From: Lingula anatina
Taxonomy: Eukaryota > Animalia > Brachiopoda
Reading direction: 5' to 3'
DNA length: 64,000 nt
NCBI GenBank assembly: GCA_051362555.1
Contig: CM120643.1
Location: forward strand, 12,436,644-12,500,643
In this document: positions 28,514-43,400 of the stretch, in pieces
Numbering within the stretch: position 1 is the first letter of the stretch
How the letters are laid out: each line of letters begins with the position of its first letter
Position numbers and translations under genes: made by a program
The notes under the pieces: generated by a model
Seen by the model: the letters and a program-made list of their open reading frames with translations, nothing else
Told to the model about the DNA's origin: nothing
Databases searched by the model: none

Positions 28514-30945
28514 ATCTGACTACCATTCCTGTATCAGCGGCCTTCCTTTCCTAGCACTACCATTCTTGACACACCGTCTTAACTAATTAGAAAAAACATT
28601 TCTTTTCTCTGAAAAAGAGAGAGAGAGAGATCATGAACTGTAAGAGTCCGATACATTAATTGTAAGCCTGTGGCCATTTAGCACTAGATTTTTGCTTTTT
28701 TGATAAAAATTGTCTGCTGGAATCTGAATCTCGGCAAATGCTACATCACCTGTGATCACGCACCGAACTCAAGTCCCGAATATTTCTCTCAGTTGTGGCA
28801 ATATGTATAGTGGCAGTGAAAGAAAATTATTGTTTGTTACTAGTCATTATCAAAGCATGTAACTGATCGTCCTTGGTAAGATGGCGTCGACATTAAAATA
28901 CGAACACAAGGAAATCAAAAGTAAATTCTTCAATGTTATAATTTTATTATCCGTTCTAAAGAAGCATACACTAGTATGTACAATATGTTCCTCTATACTA
29001 CAGAATACCTAGCAGTTCCAAATGAGCTTACGCAGTCATCTTGTCCTTGTTTACGGAGATGAGATTGCTTCTTGGAATGTTATCTTTATATATTGTAGTG
29101 TAACATTATCACAACCTAATCATTGCCTGCTCCGTTCTTAACAGACTGTCAACAGAACAGAAGCGAAACGTTTTGTGTATGCAGAATATTTTTTAAAAAG
29201 TCCCAATTTTGTCATATGATGCTAATTTTGGTTCCACAATTCTTACGACGTCAAGTTTAAATGCGCGATTGACCTTGGATACAAAATTCTATAGCAAGGA
29301 TTCAACTGATGAATCTCATTTATAATATGGCTCTCTTATACCACACAGCTTGGAAAATTGTGTAAATGTCACTTATTGCTTTACAAGATTTAAAATCTAC
29401 GATAGAGATATAGGCTACATGTGATAACTATATAAAACTTTGAATCATTATAATAACAGTTTCTAATGTTCCCGTTAAAGCGTAAAAGTATAAAAACTAC
29501 AAAGTTTGTAGAAAATATCTACTGAGTTAAGTTGTATATATGTATATATATATAATACAATATGTGACAGTGCCATTAGCACACACTCTTTAAGAAACAT
29601 CATTAATTTGTAAAAAATACAGATTTCATATAATTTCATAAAAGACCAAGTTGAAAAGATTCAGGTAAAATGTCTGCACTGTATAACGAAAAAAGGGTGC
29701 TCCGAATGTAGATCTAATAAGAATAATGCTTCTTCTACACAAGCCTCTTTAAAGGCAACTTGACTCACTGATTATCCATGTAAAGTCATTTTCCTAAGCG
29801 GTACTCTAAAAATCAATTCAAAACAATTCAAAATCCTCTTTGATATCATATGCAGACAAAAGCTGTACACTCATTTGTACAAATCCACTCAAAGGACACA
29901 TTTTTTCACATCTGGAGCTAGTAAATGCTGCATTTGATGCAGAAAATATGGAAAAAATATTTACATATTTCAATAAGGATCGGATAAAAAAAAATCTACA
30001 GATTTAATTGTGTTCTTGTTCCCACTGATCTCTGCACATTTCAATGCAGAAGAATTGTGCCCAATCTTTATTTTCTATCTTCTAGAATTTTAATTCAGTA
30101 GATGTATATACTAAGATTAAACATTTAATATTCCTTTTACAAGTACCTCTGTGATTCCTTGGACTTATATTTTAATCACAATATGTACAAACAAAAAAAA
30201 ATTATTAATTACTCATTTCTCAACATGGGACACATATCCCTAACTATTTCAAACATCAAAATGGCCACAATAATCAGGTTAAACTTTCCTAAATTGTAAT
30301 TTCAATTCAAACTACAGGCATACTAATTAATCCACCTTAGTCATCAGTTTTATGAACTACAGAAGCACCTACTATGATAAACCATCATTTTAATTCCCTG
30401 TACAGGTAAATATTGTCAAGATTCCACTTTTTTTGTCTGTCAGTCCTCACAACCATGTTCAATGGGAATGTTGTAGAACAAATGAAGTTATGGCAGTTGC
30501 ACTTTCTACATAGGTCCTTGCATATAAAGGACCTCAAAAAATGCATGGACAGCTATATATTATTTCATCTCTGGATATCACATACACTGGTCCCAGTGAA
30601 GTTTACAAAATGCTTCAAAAAACATTACACATTGTCTAATCTTGGTCAGGGCTAATAAGTTTAATTAACATTTAGTCCAAACAATATATGAAAATATATT
30701 CATAAGTAAAAAAAAAATTACATATTTGGTTTGGATTAAAATTTTCATTGGTAGAATCACAAGTCCCTGTCTCCCTGAAAAGTTCAGCTGCTACAAAGCT
30801 ATTCATCTAGGTCCCATTCTTTGTACAAGTGTGCTCGCTCGCTTGCAACACACAGTATAAAATTTTCCAATCCTGTACTAAAAACTCAACAACGCCAAAA
30901 AAAAAAAAAAAAATTATATACAAAAGAACAGTCCTCTCACTGCGA

Positions 30946-33900
30946 TCAGGACCTCAATAGGAAGAACTTGGATGTGATAATATATGTGGATATACAGCCC
31001 AGGAGTAGGGTCATGCTGGTCTTGACCAGGGCAGTGGCCGTATTAAAGAATGGACAGTATGGACACTGGAATGACCCACACACCTGGCAGATATGGAGCT
31101 GGAATAGCGGGTAGGTGGAGTACATGGTCTTGTTGACCACCTCATCTGGAATAGGAAGGAAATGGTTATAATGAGACTGAAAAAAAGTGTCATAGGGATA
31201 TATTCAATTTTTAATTTTTTAAATTCAATTTATTCCTGAACTGGCACATACAGTTAAATCCCCTTGTACACTGTCACTGTGATATAATATAGTTGATAGC
31301 CTACACATTATATAGCCAAAGGTGCCAAATCATCTCGAACTCATTTAGTAAAAGCAGACCAAAGGGACGAAATATCAATCATCAATCAACCTAATGTATT
31401 TTTGCTTTTGTCACTTGATCTCATATATAATAATGGATGGATGAGATATCAAAATTGCAAACAAAATTGCATACAAAAGGATCAGTATTTTTACCTGGCC
31501 TATAGTAGTCATACACCCTCATCATATGGTTAATAGTAACATTGGCTACTGGCCACCAGCGCCGCGCCTCAAACCTGATACAAGTATCCACTGTGCTGTT
31601 AATCTGAAGTTAAACATTTCAAAATTAAACAAAAGTAAAGTTCAGTTCTTGTATACCGCACTCCACACGTGTCTCTGTGCCATTTACATTAGACGCCTGG
31701 TCATTTTTGACCCTGATAAAAAGTGGGTGTTGACGCTCTAATCTCCTTGGGAAGGATACAGCCTAGCTGCCATATGAAATGCTGAAAACTAGTAACCAAG
31801 CAATATTTTTCAATGTCAGACTAGGAACTTTCCCCCTGCTTCAAACTCTAGGTGCTGAGTGCCAAGTGGGGAGACAGCTGCATGGTACTGTTTATGAAGC
31901 ACTGGTCTTTCCCTAGACGAGGTCGAACCCACATCCTCCCACTTCAGAGATGGAAGCTCTGACCATCCAGTTAGTAAACAATGTTTTAATTTTGGGCATC
32001 TTTGTTAGACCATGTTTGTGGGATAATGAATATTCAGTATACCTTTCACCAGTTCTAGTTTGAGTCCCGTTTTTCTTCAAATTTAGAATTAAGGATGTAA
32101 TACATTGTTAAAATTTCACATTTCACTAATTATTTCTAAATGACATGATGTGAAGCATCACATTTAAGCCAATTAATGAAGCATGTTTTAAAAAGAAAGG
32201 CTGAATGAACAATAATGCAAAAACCATAATGGTTGTGTTGAAACTTAAAATTTACAATAAACGACAAATTCAATGCAAAAGAAATTTCTGATTAGGCACA
32301 TTACATAAAGACTGATGCAAAACCGATATAAAATGACTTCAAAACCAAACGACACACCTGCAAACTACAGCCAGCCTAGTACAGCATTAATCAACACAAC
32401 ACCAATCCCATACTTACATAATCAAAGTAGAAGTACACTCTCTTGTCATTGTACATGGCCCTCCTCAAGTTGTCAACGCTGCCAGACTCTCCGTAGGCAA
32501 ACATGTAGTCATTCATGGCAAAGTAGCCAGAGGGCAGTGAAATCTCCATTACTGCCAGACCACTAGATGGACCAATGTCCAAGCGTTTCCATCTGGAAAA
32601 GAATGACAGTTTTTAAAAATGTTGTCGATTGTAAATGGATCACCTGGTTACCGCCTGCTGCAGACAGTGTAGTTTTATACATGGTGACCAAATTGATGAA
32701 ATTTTTAAATCCTGTTTTTTTTTTTAATTTGGTGTATACTTAACATTTTGTACAAATCATAACATTATCTGTATTATAAAAAGTAGTAAGACTGGACTAT
32801 TCAATTCAAAATCTAAAATTCTAATATAGTGATCTTCCCACCAACACTGCCTTTATAACTGATAAAATGGGATCTATTATCACCAAGTTTCATGGTTCTT
32901 ACTTGGCACAAGCCTCCATGACCATCATGGAGAAATTACGTCCAGTCAGGGTCAGATTCTTAATCCAAAGGTCAAAGGAATTGACCGGTGGCTTCCTGAG
33001 AAGGAAGTCCTGCTCAACGTTGACCTGTGTGTCCAGTTGGACGAGAGCGAACCCAGTGCCCTGGGCCTGGACTCTCACACTGCCCCAGACTTCTGGGATC
33101 TGAAAGAGAAAATAGCAGGTACATTAATGAAGAACTAGCAATAAATATATTCAGAAAATAGCAGTTTGATATTATGAAGAATTCTCAATTTATACGTTAT
33201 AAATTTTGGAAAAAAATAATCAAAGGACCAATCTCAAAGAATATGATTAAAAATGCCCATGGAGTGAAATAAAATTCATAGTCATGATTTAGACAAAAGA
33301 AACTAAAAAAGAATTTTAAGACCTACAACTACTTGGAGTCAATAAATTATTATTTTTAAAGACAAAAAGCTGCAAAATGTTTTAGAGATAAGAGTTTCAA
33401 GTTTAAGCTCTATGAATAATAGTCCCATAACAAATGTTCTCTAAAGGGATATTGTCACCAATTAGGGTAAAAAAAAAATGTCAAGAGGATCACAATATCC
33501 TCCAGAAGAAGAAAAAACCAAGATTAGTTGCCTTTCACGTCCTTTGCAAGATGCAACTCAGTCAGCTAGATTCCAAAGCAAGTTACTGCAAATACTGATT
33601 CTTAATTTTATTCATTTCATGAACCAAATGTCTGTGTTCTACCTCTACAGTCTGGAGCACCATCCAGTTGGACTGGTTCAGCGTGAAGGTGTGAGACCAC
33701 CCGGGGCTGGCCGGCGCCTCCACACTGATCCTCATCTTGTACAGGTCGCGATTGTAGTCGCTTCTAGAGTACTCTGTCAGGGCTTGGAGGGCTATGATGG
33801 AGTCCTGAAAATACAGCAACGATACAGTAAGTAACTGGATGTTGGTCAGTCTAAAGAACTTGTCCTAGTATAGTATTATTTGCTTGGCATATGTGTCGCA

Positions 33901-35682
33901 CATTGAGCAGTTCTTTTAACATGAAATTTTTTTTTTTAAAGAAATATTTTCATATGTTTGAAGAACTCCTCACTGCACTGAATCATCTGTTTTTATCTAT
34001 TTCCAGAACTAATTATTCACAAAGGCTGTAGCAGGTTTGTCAATGTTTGATGCAACCTACTGAAAGCCCTGGCCCCAGTTTCACTAAAAAAAAAAACAAG
34101 TCATTTCCCTGGCTTAGTTGGCTAAAATGTCCATGAAAGTGCTATTACACTGTAGGTAAGATGGGTGCATGTGTCCATGTAATGTTGGTAACAAAAATGT
34201 TAGCCAGGGCACCTGACTTAATTGTTTTTCTTTTTTTTTTTTTTTTTTGTCAAACTGGGGCTGAGTAGCTGCCCTCTGTTACCTGTGTTGAGGCAAAACC
34301 GCCATTGTGATTTCTCATTGTCTGCAACCACGTCATGATGGCCTTAGTTTGGGTCAAGTCATTATTTAGCAGGTACACAAGGAGGGCGTAGGACGTTGTT
34401 GCCACAGCATATGCCTCTCCTTCCCGCCACTCTCGCCATTTCTGTGTTGGAATGGCATTGGTTATTCCTGTTGGGTTCCGTTCAATCTTACGGTCTGCCC
34501 AGTATATGAAATCATCTGAAAGGGGTACGTGGCATTTGTAAGTTAAAAATCTGTCAGCAATTCTTTTTTTCTTTTTTTTTTGGGGGGGGGGGATTAAATA
34601 ATTAACATGAATTAAATCAATCAAAAATGAAAAATACACAAGAAAATACAACAGGTAATTTAAAAACTTCATTAAATCAATCAAATTTATTTTTGGTAAA
34701 AGAATGCTGTGGACATTTTACATACTTGCAGATAATATTATTATTTTTATTCAATATCAACAAGAAATAAAGCTTCCAATTATTTTTTTTTTTTATTTCC
34801 TATGACACTGCTCTGAACTCTGTGCAGTGCGTTATTTTAAAATAACCCACAGAAGCAAATAACTTGTAACAAACCATCCACTGTTCCAGCAGTTCTTACC
34901 TTCAATCTTCAGGTCCCTTAGTCGGCCATATGCATCGTTCTTCTTCACACTGTTTGCCTTGGTGAGGGCGTAGGTCACAAGGGCTATCTGGAATGTATCG
35001 TTCAGTTCCTGGATCTTGCTCTCAAGGTAGGTTCTGGCCAGCGTTATGCTAGCTCTCACCTGGTTCATAGCCTCCTGTTATATACAACATTAACAAGTAT
35101 GTCATTAATTAATTGGTACTGTCTTGATAAATGCTCGATGAACAGAATAAATTGCAATGTTGACAAAATATGACACTGCAAATGGAATTTTTTTTCGTCA
35201 GACGAACTCCATCCAAGAACTTGAGTAGACTTTAATATTGGCATAAAAAATTAAAACTAACTTTTAAATTTTTCTTATCTTATTTTATTAAAAGCAAAGT
35301 CAGACGTACCCCATCTAAGGAAGCCAGATCTGTGAGAGCTACCAGAACATAAGCTGTCAATGAAATATTCTGGCGGTAAAATGTTGGAATGTTGTCCCAG
35401 GATCGTCCCTCTGTAATATTACTCTGAAAGACAACCAAACATAAGACCCTTAAAATAAATCAATAAACTAAATTTAATGCATCTAAATGAAATATTGCAC
35501 CTAGTTTTGTAGCCTGGGCGAAAATATAACTGCCGCAGAGCATTAGGTACTCCAATTCAGTGTACCTTTACCCTAAACTGAAGTCTGAAGACTTTGGTCA
35601 AAAAGATTATAATACTTGAAATACTTAAAGTCAGTCTGCAGTGTCTAGTGAAATCTGAGATGTCTTATAATTGACAATCCCC

Positions 35683-35730
<48 letters not shown>

Positions 35731-38700
35731 CTTCTATGGCACATCCCATAAAAAAACTCAATTTGCCTTAACATTTTAAGAAAATTTTAAAATAATGACT
35801 ATCACAATTAATAAGATAACTGTTACAATAAAATGCCTCAAATATCAATCACTTAATTCTAACCTTCATGGTCCAATCATAGACAAACTTGCTGGTCTGG
35901 TTGAAGGCGCCGGTGGTCTTATTCTGCTGCTCGCACACCCACAGGGCGATCTTACTGAGGAGTTCAGACGGGATGTACAGGAAGTTCTCCCACTCAGCAT
36001 CATTGGCAGCTCCTAAGGTCTGCAGGGCAAATGCTGTGGCCCTGTTAAGAAAGAGAGAGAGAGAGATGAGAAAATGTTAAGACAAGAGATGTTATTGTAA
36101 CTTTGAGTATATAACCATGCGTGAAAGTTGGAAAAATTGAAAATCCTAGAAACATAGCTAGCAATTTCTCATTGCGTTTAGACCGTATGGAAAAAAGATG
36201 TAACTGAAGATTAAAAATTCTGAAATCAGGCATAATCCTGAAAACTTTCATCCATGCATAACACAAGATATACAACTCATTACTACATTTCAAAAGATGA
36301 TTAGAAGAATGTTAGAGAAAAGTTTGTCACATGCAGTGCAAATATGGCTAGGAATTACCTTTTTAAATTTTTTTATTATACTGCGATTACTCAAATTTTT
36401 TAGCTCATCTCATTCTAAAACCTTACTGTTGTGAAATGTTTCTGTCCAAATCTTATTCCGAATTCGTATCCACCAAAAATTCCTTTCCAAAATGACTGCA
36501 TCACATTAATGATAGACAGAATATAAACTGAGATGTCTAGGGTTCTTCCACCTTTAATGTTAGGAGATTACCTTTATATATGTGATAGAAAGCTTAGAAA
36601 GGTGCTGTTTTCTGTGAGATATTATTTTGACGAGAAAATTCAGGAAAGGATGGATGGTTTTTCCTCTTTCTGCATTTTTCAGCCCCCATTCCTGAAAATA
36701 ATTAGTGTTTTTTTCTAGATTCAGTAATAGAATGGCACCATTCCTAAAGCAGACAAACTGATGTGTTTCACTCACCACAAGCTGGGCTCATAGTATCCAC
36801 CCAGCCTTTCCTGCTGGTCCCTGAACATCCAGAATGTGCCGTTATCTGTGTCATAGTAGCTCATCTGGCGCTGGAGAGCTGAAATGAAAGAAAACACATC
36901 AATGAGCTATCCACCAACAAAAAGAACATTCTAGGCAAAAAGTTCTTTGGATCTTATCAAATATGTAATCATAATGAAAGACCATAGTTACATTCCGTAG
37001 TGATCTACATCGTAATATACATTTTTGCTAAACAGTTTTCTGTAGCTACCAGCTGCTAGCTAAATCATATCCGAGTGTCTGAAAATTAAAAAAAAAAAAG
37101 TTTCCCACTCCTTACCCAAGTTCATGTAGGCCAGTGCATCTAACATGACATCATCCTTGAGCTGACTCGTGATCTTCAGGAACTTCAGGGTGTACAGGTT
37201 GTAGGCAAAGTTAAACGTGTTCATCTCTGAGGCTCCATAGGGAAGTCTGAGGAGGTTCATGCTGTTCAGACCTTTCTGAAAGAAGGCTGGACCAACAATA
37301 TCACCTGTTTGAAGGAAAAATATGGATATATGATTACAAAAAATAATATAAAAAGGATTTTGGTTTACCCATTTTGAAACATCATACCCAAGCCTAATCA
37401 TCCTCAAAATACTTTATTTTTCTTGCAAAGAACAAAGTTTCATTAAGTGTTAATCTTCCAACACTGACACCAAATGACCTTGACCAAGTTACAATGAACC
37501 TAAATGACCTTGACCAAGATATGACCCCAAAGGAAACTGACCACAAATGACCTTGACCTTACCTATAACACTGAGCGTGGCCTTGGCAGAGCCTGGTACG
37601 TAAAGATGGTAGCGGACCTCTGGAGGAGAGAACACCTGCGGCACGGGGATCTGGAAATCAGGCACACTGACAGCAGCCTGGTTGGACAGATCTACAAAGT
37701 ATGGGGCATGCCAGTACTTGGTCACACCATCCATCTGAAGAATTTGAAAACAATTGTTATTATTGGTAACAATGTAAATTTTCATTAGGTGTATTATTTA
37801 GTAGCAGTGCCAGAAGATTTAAAAATTTTTTTAAAAAATTGTAAAACAATTTGATGAAACGTTACAAATTAACTATACCATGAACATAATTTATACATCA
37901 TTTTGTATCTTTTCTCCTTTATGGTGGTTTATTTTAACTATGTATAATATAAAAAAAACAATGTTTCTAATATACTTTAACCATGTATTATATAAAAGAC
38001 AATGTTTCTAATATACTTTAACTATGTATTATATAAGTGACATTGATAAAGCAGATGGATGTTAACATTTCAAAATATCTTGTTTCAGCAAAGATACCAT
38101 GTATATCATGTCTATATAGAAGTTAATACCTCTACGTCCAGTGTGACCGTCTCTGTGTCACGTCCTAGGACACACTCCGCTGTGAACGTAACATCTGTCT
38201 GCCCCATGTTGAGAGGTAGAACAGGAAAGAAGATATACTCATTCTGGCCTGGGTACAACTGGAAATAGATAACAGATAAATGTATATACAACCACACCCA
38301 CTGGACAATTGTCAAAATATTTGAAAATTTCTCTCCCTTCCCATGGACTTGCTAAAATCCCTCTGCACTGGAAATGTTTTTACTGATTAATTTCAGATTT
38401 TTTTCAACTTTCTTCATCTCAAACACAAATATTAACACATAATTTACATATTAATTACAAACAATTTAGAATGTAAAACAGCGATCAATTAACTTTGCCT
38501 CTGAAAGTCATGCTGACAAAGTAACAAATAAGAATAGAAAAGCTCACAAGGAAGCTCTCACTTTATTTTTGTGCAAATCAAAAAGGATAAAATTCAAATT
38601 CATCAACACCAAATATTAATTTCTTACATATACAAAAGCCTGAACATCTCCTGAGGACAGCCTGGGATTGTAGGACGATACACGGCCCATCTTCTCTACA

Positions 38701-40405
38701 TTGACAAACCTAATGTCATCAGATCCCTTAAGTGTCACCAATACCTAGAGAGACAATGAACCATTCATGATAATAATGATCATCATAATAATACCAAATA
38801 CAGGGCCAGCTATACTTAGAAACACAATGAAAATTACAGAATAAAAATAAGTCAGACAAAATTATATCTAGGAATGCAATAATACATTCACCATGACATC
38901 TTACCTCCAGATAGTCTGTGTAGTAGTTGAACACAGCCACGCGGATACCAACTTGTTCTCCTCGGACCAGCTTATACGGAGGCGTTTCCACGGTGATGTA
39001 GAAATGACGAGTTGCCACATACTGCAATATAATTAATAAATAAATTAATTAAAAGAAAAAATTACTGTCACATGGCCATCAAATAATATGGATTATGTGT
39101 TATCCTGATATGATCTTCAATAAGAAAAAAATGTACAAATATGAAAGACATGCAAAATATAGAATCATGAGTCTTTGCATTGTAGCTACAATGTAGCTTG
39201 AAATATTTTTTCAATTCATCATAATCATTAATTGTCACTTCATCTTAGAATCCCCCATATTTGATTCCCCTACCTCTATAGGAACAGGCATGATTCCCAG
39301 GTAGCCCTCCTTAGTGATGGAGAAGGCACTGACAATCCACTTCACGGGCTGGTCTGGGGGCTCCACCTTCAACTGGACCTTACCATCTGGTCTGGAAGAG
39401 AACAAATATCAGTTCCTAGGTCATAAAGTGTATTTTTGTTTTATATAAGTGTTACATGACTTATACCCTACTTGAAGACTTAGAAAAAATAGAACTGGTA
39501 CTTTGAAAAATTTGGTTTTAACAATTTGTAAAATTATACTTCTACATTGACACCAAACTTGAAATGAGTTTAAGACGGCAGAGGAGTTAAAAGACGGCAG
39601 ATTTTCTTAATTTGCATTGGGAAGTTAGAAGTTCAAATAATTATATATCCCAAATATATATAGAGAATAATGCACAAGCTTAGGCATATGTAAATTTCAT
39701 GATAATGAATGAAATCTATAACTGTTTCTAATATTTTCGCAATTTTTACGATGTGGATGTAGAGTTCCAAATCGCGCAGACCCTGTGGTCAAAATGGATT
39801 TACTCCATGGATATGACAGCTGCCACAGCAATTCTTTGAGTGAAGACTTACTTGGTAAAATACTCTAACCAAAGCCAGGAGTCGTCTTCATAGTAGCGGT
39901 CATTGCGGCCAATCTTGTCCAGAGCTGAGGTGTTATACCTGAGAGGTTGGCCAGGCTGTTCCCAGTCGTACTCACCTGAAGAAATTAATTTAATGACGTA
40001 AAAAATATTTTCTTAAAAGGTTAACTTGTTTAGAAATACTGTCAGCAAATCCTTAACAGTGGGCAAATATCACTTCATTTGAATAAGCTCCTTCCTGAAA
40101 TGCTTCCATGAAAGTTTTGTCCTTTTTCTGCTCATTTCACAAAAATTTTGTATCATTTAAAAACAGTGTTACTCACAATTCATTTCATCTTCATTAGCCC
40201 TGCAGTCCTTGACCTTGTTGCACCTCTGATCTATGGTGTAACAGGTGCCATCAAAGCAGGGCAAGGTGCCCTGGGTGACATTACACTGGTCTGAAAATAA
40301 TGGGAGATACATTGTCAAGTTTCTTAAATTTTTTTAATGTGTATGACAGTATGCAAATGATATGTACATTTTACAGATGACATTTAAATGAGTTATGTTA
40401 TTTTC

Positions 40406-40463
<58 letters not shown>

Positions 40464-43400
40464 TAATAGTCCTAAAGAATTTGTTTTTATAGGGAGGGGA
40501 GGGGCAAGGGAGCCAAATTTACCCCCCACCCCCCACCCCCACATACACACACACATCCCTATTCTTCATAATGCTGGTAATAGAACATATGTTAGAGCCC
40601 AGCAGAATGTTTTTATGAAGTTTTTAATTTGTCCCAGTGAAGAAATACACTATGAATACATTTTACTCACTTGGCACAGTTGTTACATTAGCATCTGTGA
40701 AGACAACCAGACCAGCAAACTGGAACAAAAAATAAATATAAATAAATAAATAAATAAATAACTCACACACACACACACACACACATCTAGGGCAAAATTT
40801 GAAGTTAAAATGTAAAGATCAAAACCTGAATGAATTCTGGTCCAAAGCAAGAATAACTTGACAATTCAATAAAACATTATCAGTTATCATGTCAATCAAT
40901 TTGTCTTTTTCTCCATCAATAAATTAGCTTCAACATCTATGCCTGGACTATACAAGGTAATAACTGACCGAAGTAGACCTTTTTCAGACTCTTACTGAAG
41001 ATTGCAATAACAATGCATGAGAGCACCTCACAGACATGCTGAAATTGTTGGTCCTACCAGTTATGACCAAAAAAAATGTTCTTGGATGGTAAAAAACAGT
41101 GTTCAGTTTTCCAAGGGACTGGCAACAATTTTAAGAGACATGATTTTGAATGTACAGCCAGTGTGGCAAAAGTGTCCTTCAGTTTGGCAAATTTTGGAGG
41201 ATGACAATTTATTCAATAGATGGCAGCACACTCACAGTGAATGTTGTGTTGGCGTCCACAGCGTAGGTTGGGGAGGCAAAGTAGTTGGAGCGTGTCCTAA
41301 AGCTGCCGATATTCCAGGTTTGCTTAAAACTGCTGTTAGCAAAGGTGTCATAGCTGTACATTTCATTCAGCATCTGAGAAAAAGAAAAATATAGTTATAG
41401 TCAATGTTTACAAATAACTTTTCTACTTTTATATTTTTTGAGTGTTTTTACACATTCAAATTCTAGTAACCTGAAATTAACATTTTTATGTCGAAACCTA
41501 TCAAAACTTAAAGCATGAACAAATATCATTAAAAAATTTTTTTCATGAACTAGATATCTTTAATTGATAATATTATAAATACATACAGTATGTACATGTT
41601 TAATACATGATAAACCAGACAGACAGACAGACACTGACCAGATCCTCATTGATGTCATTTCCTCCTCCCAGACGGTCAATTCTATATGGTACTGCAGAGA
41701 AGGCCATAATGGAACCAGCCTCCCCTGTGGCTTGTACCTCTACCTTGTCCAGACTGAAATCCTTGCCTTGGTAGAATCTTAGTTTTACCTACAGATGAAA
41801 AAATTCTGTCTGATTAGGGTGCCTTTGGAGAGGGAAGCATTATCTACAAATAATCCTCTTTTGAATAGACTGTGGACTGTGATACATATATATAAGTGAT
41901 TTGCTAGTAAATATAATTTAAACCTCATATGAGTCATATATAATATTTTCAAGTGTTATTGGTGTTACAGTTTGGTATTTCAATTGTTTCCTTTTTTGAC
42001 TTTTGCAAAAATTTTTGTATTTATCACGAGACACAAACTTCCACAGATAAAAAAATATCAAATCTGTAAAAGCGGATCCTCAATATAACCGCCATCAATG
42101 ATGACAAATTACCTTTTTTTTTTGAAAACATGAAAGTAAAACACCAAATTTCTTACAATAAAAAAAATTTAAAAAAAAACAAAAAAACAAAAAAAAAGGC
42201 AAAAACCTTCCCACTCACATTAAATAACAGATTAACATCCTCATCTTTATTATAAAAAAGAAATAAAACTCACATTATCCTGCCAGGATCCATTGACGTG
42301 GAAGTTCAAGCTGTCAGCCACCACTTCTCCGTCTGTCCTGATATAGTAGGCCACAATACGGGCGTTGGGAGCCATGTTCTGAGATAGTGCCACGGAGAAT
42401 GTCTTCTGCCGCGCCATCATGGGCAGTTCATCAGCTACAATGATATTGCCTTGAGCAACAATCTGAAGAAAAAAACATGAAATTATTAATATCCATAAGC
42501 AGTAAAGAGAGGTTTTCTGAAATTCAGCTGTCAGTCTTTCATGAATTATTTGTTCAATTTTTGCCAGTTTCTTAATAGGAAAGATCTCAACAATACAAAA
42601 ACCATGATAAAGGACATGGCTGCATCTTAATTACTGTCAAAGTGATTAAACTTGTAATCTAATTTTAAAAAATTACTGTTGTCCAGTGTGACTGCTGGTT
42701 AACTAGTGCAAATCTTTTATTATAACAAAATAAATGACTGACTAACCAAAATCTGCAGATCAAATTTACAAAACTAAAAACAAAACAGTTTAAGCTATTG
42801 ATTGGATAAATATTTATCCAATCTGGATCTGATCTACACACCTGATAGTAAATTTTGTCAACCCAGGCATTGGTGGACACCTTGAAGATCATGTACTCAT
42901 TGACCTGAGGACAAAAAACTTACTTGATAAAACAACTAACTTAAGGTAATTTTCAAGCAGCAAGGTTAACAATACCTTTTTTTTTTTTTTTTTTGAATGT
43001 TCATTTGCACAAATTTTTTCTTGAAGCTTAACTAAACCAGCAAAAAAAAAATCAAGAAAGTTAAGACATTAAACATTTTTTTCTTGAAATTTTCTCATTA
43101 TACAGCTTAGAAAGAAATGATCTGAGAAATGATATAACACCATAAATATTTAGTCCTGCAATCTACTTTCTGTTTCATTACCTTGGGATCAACAGTTTGA
43201 GCAACAATCTTGAGATATTTCCACATGGGGGAGTATGTTCTGAAGGCATTCAGTTCTATCCTAGTGCGGTCATCATCCTCATACTCAGCCTGAAATTCAA
43301 GATTCATTTTAATGTCATTAAGATGCATTAAGAATAGAAAGGTGGAGGCAGTCCTCCATATTCATTTTCAACTAGAGAACTACAAAATGCTTCAAAATTT

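Noticed and set aside
31900-31975. Possible tRNA gene (A/B boxes)
   Set aside because: No cloverleaf; it continues into a SINE body and tail.
37470-37560. Repeated TGACCTTGACC motifs (nuclear-receptor-like sites)
   Set aside because: Looks like a short tandem of a common invertebrate repeat motif; no evidence of regulatory function.
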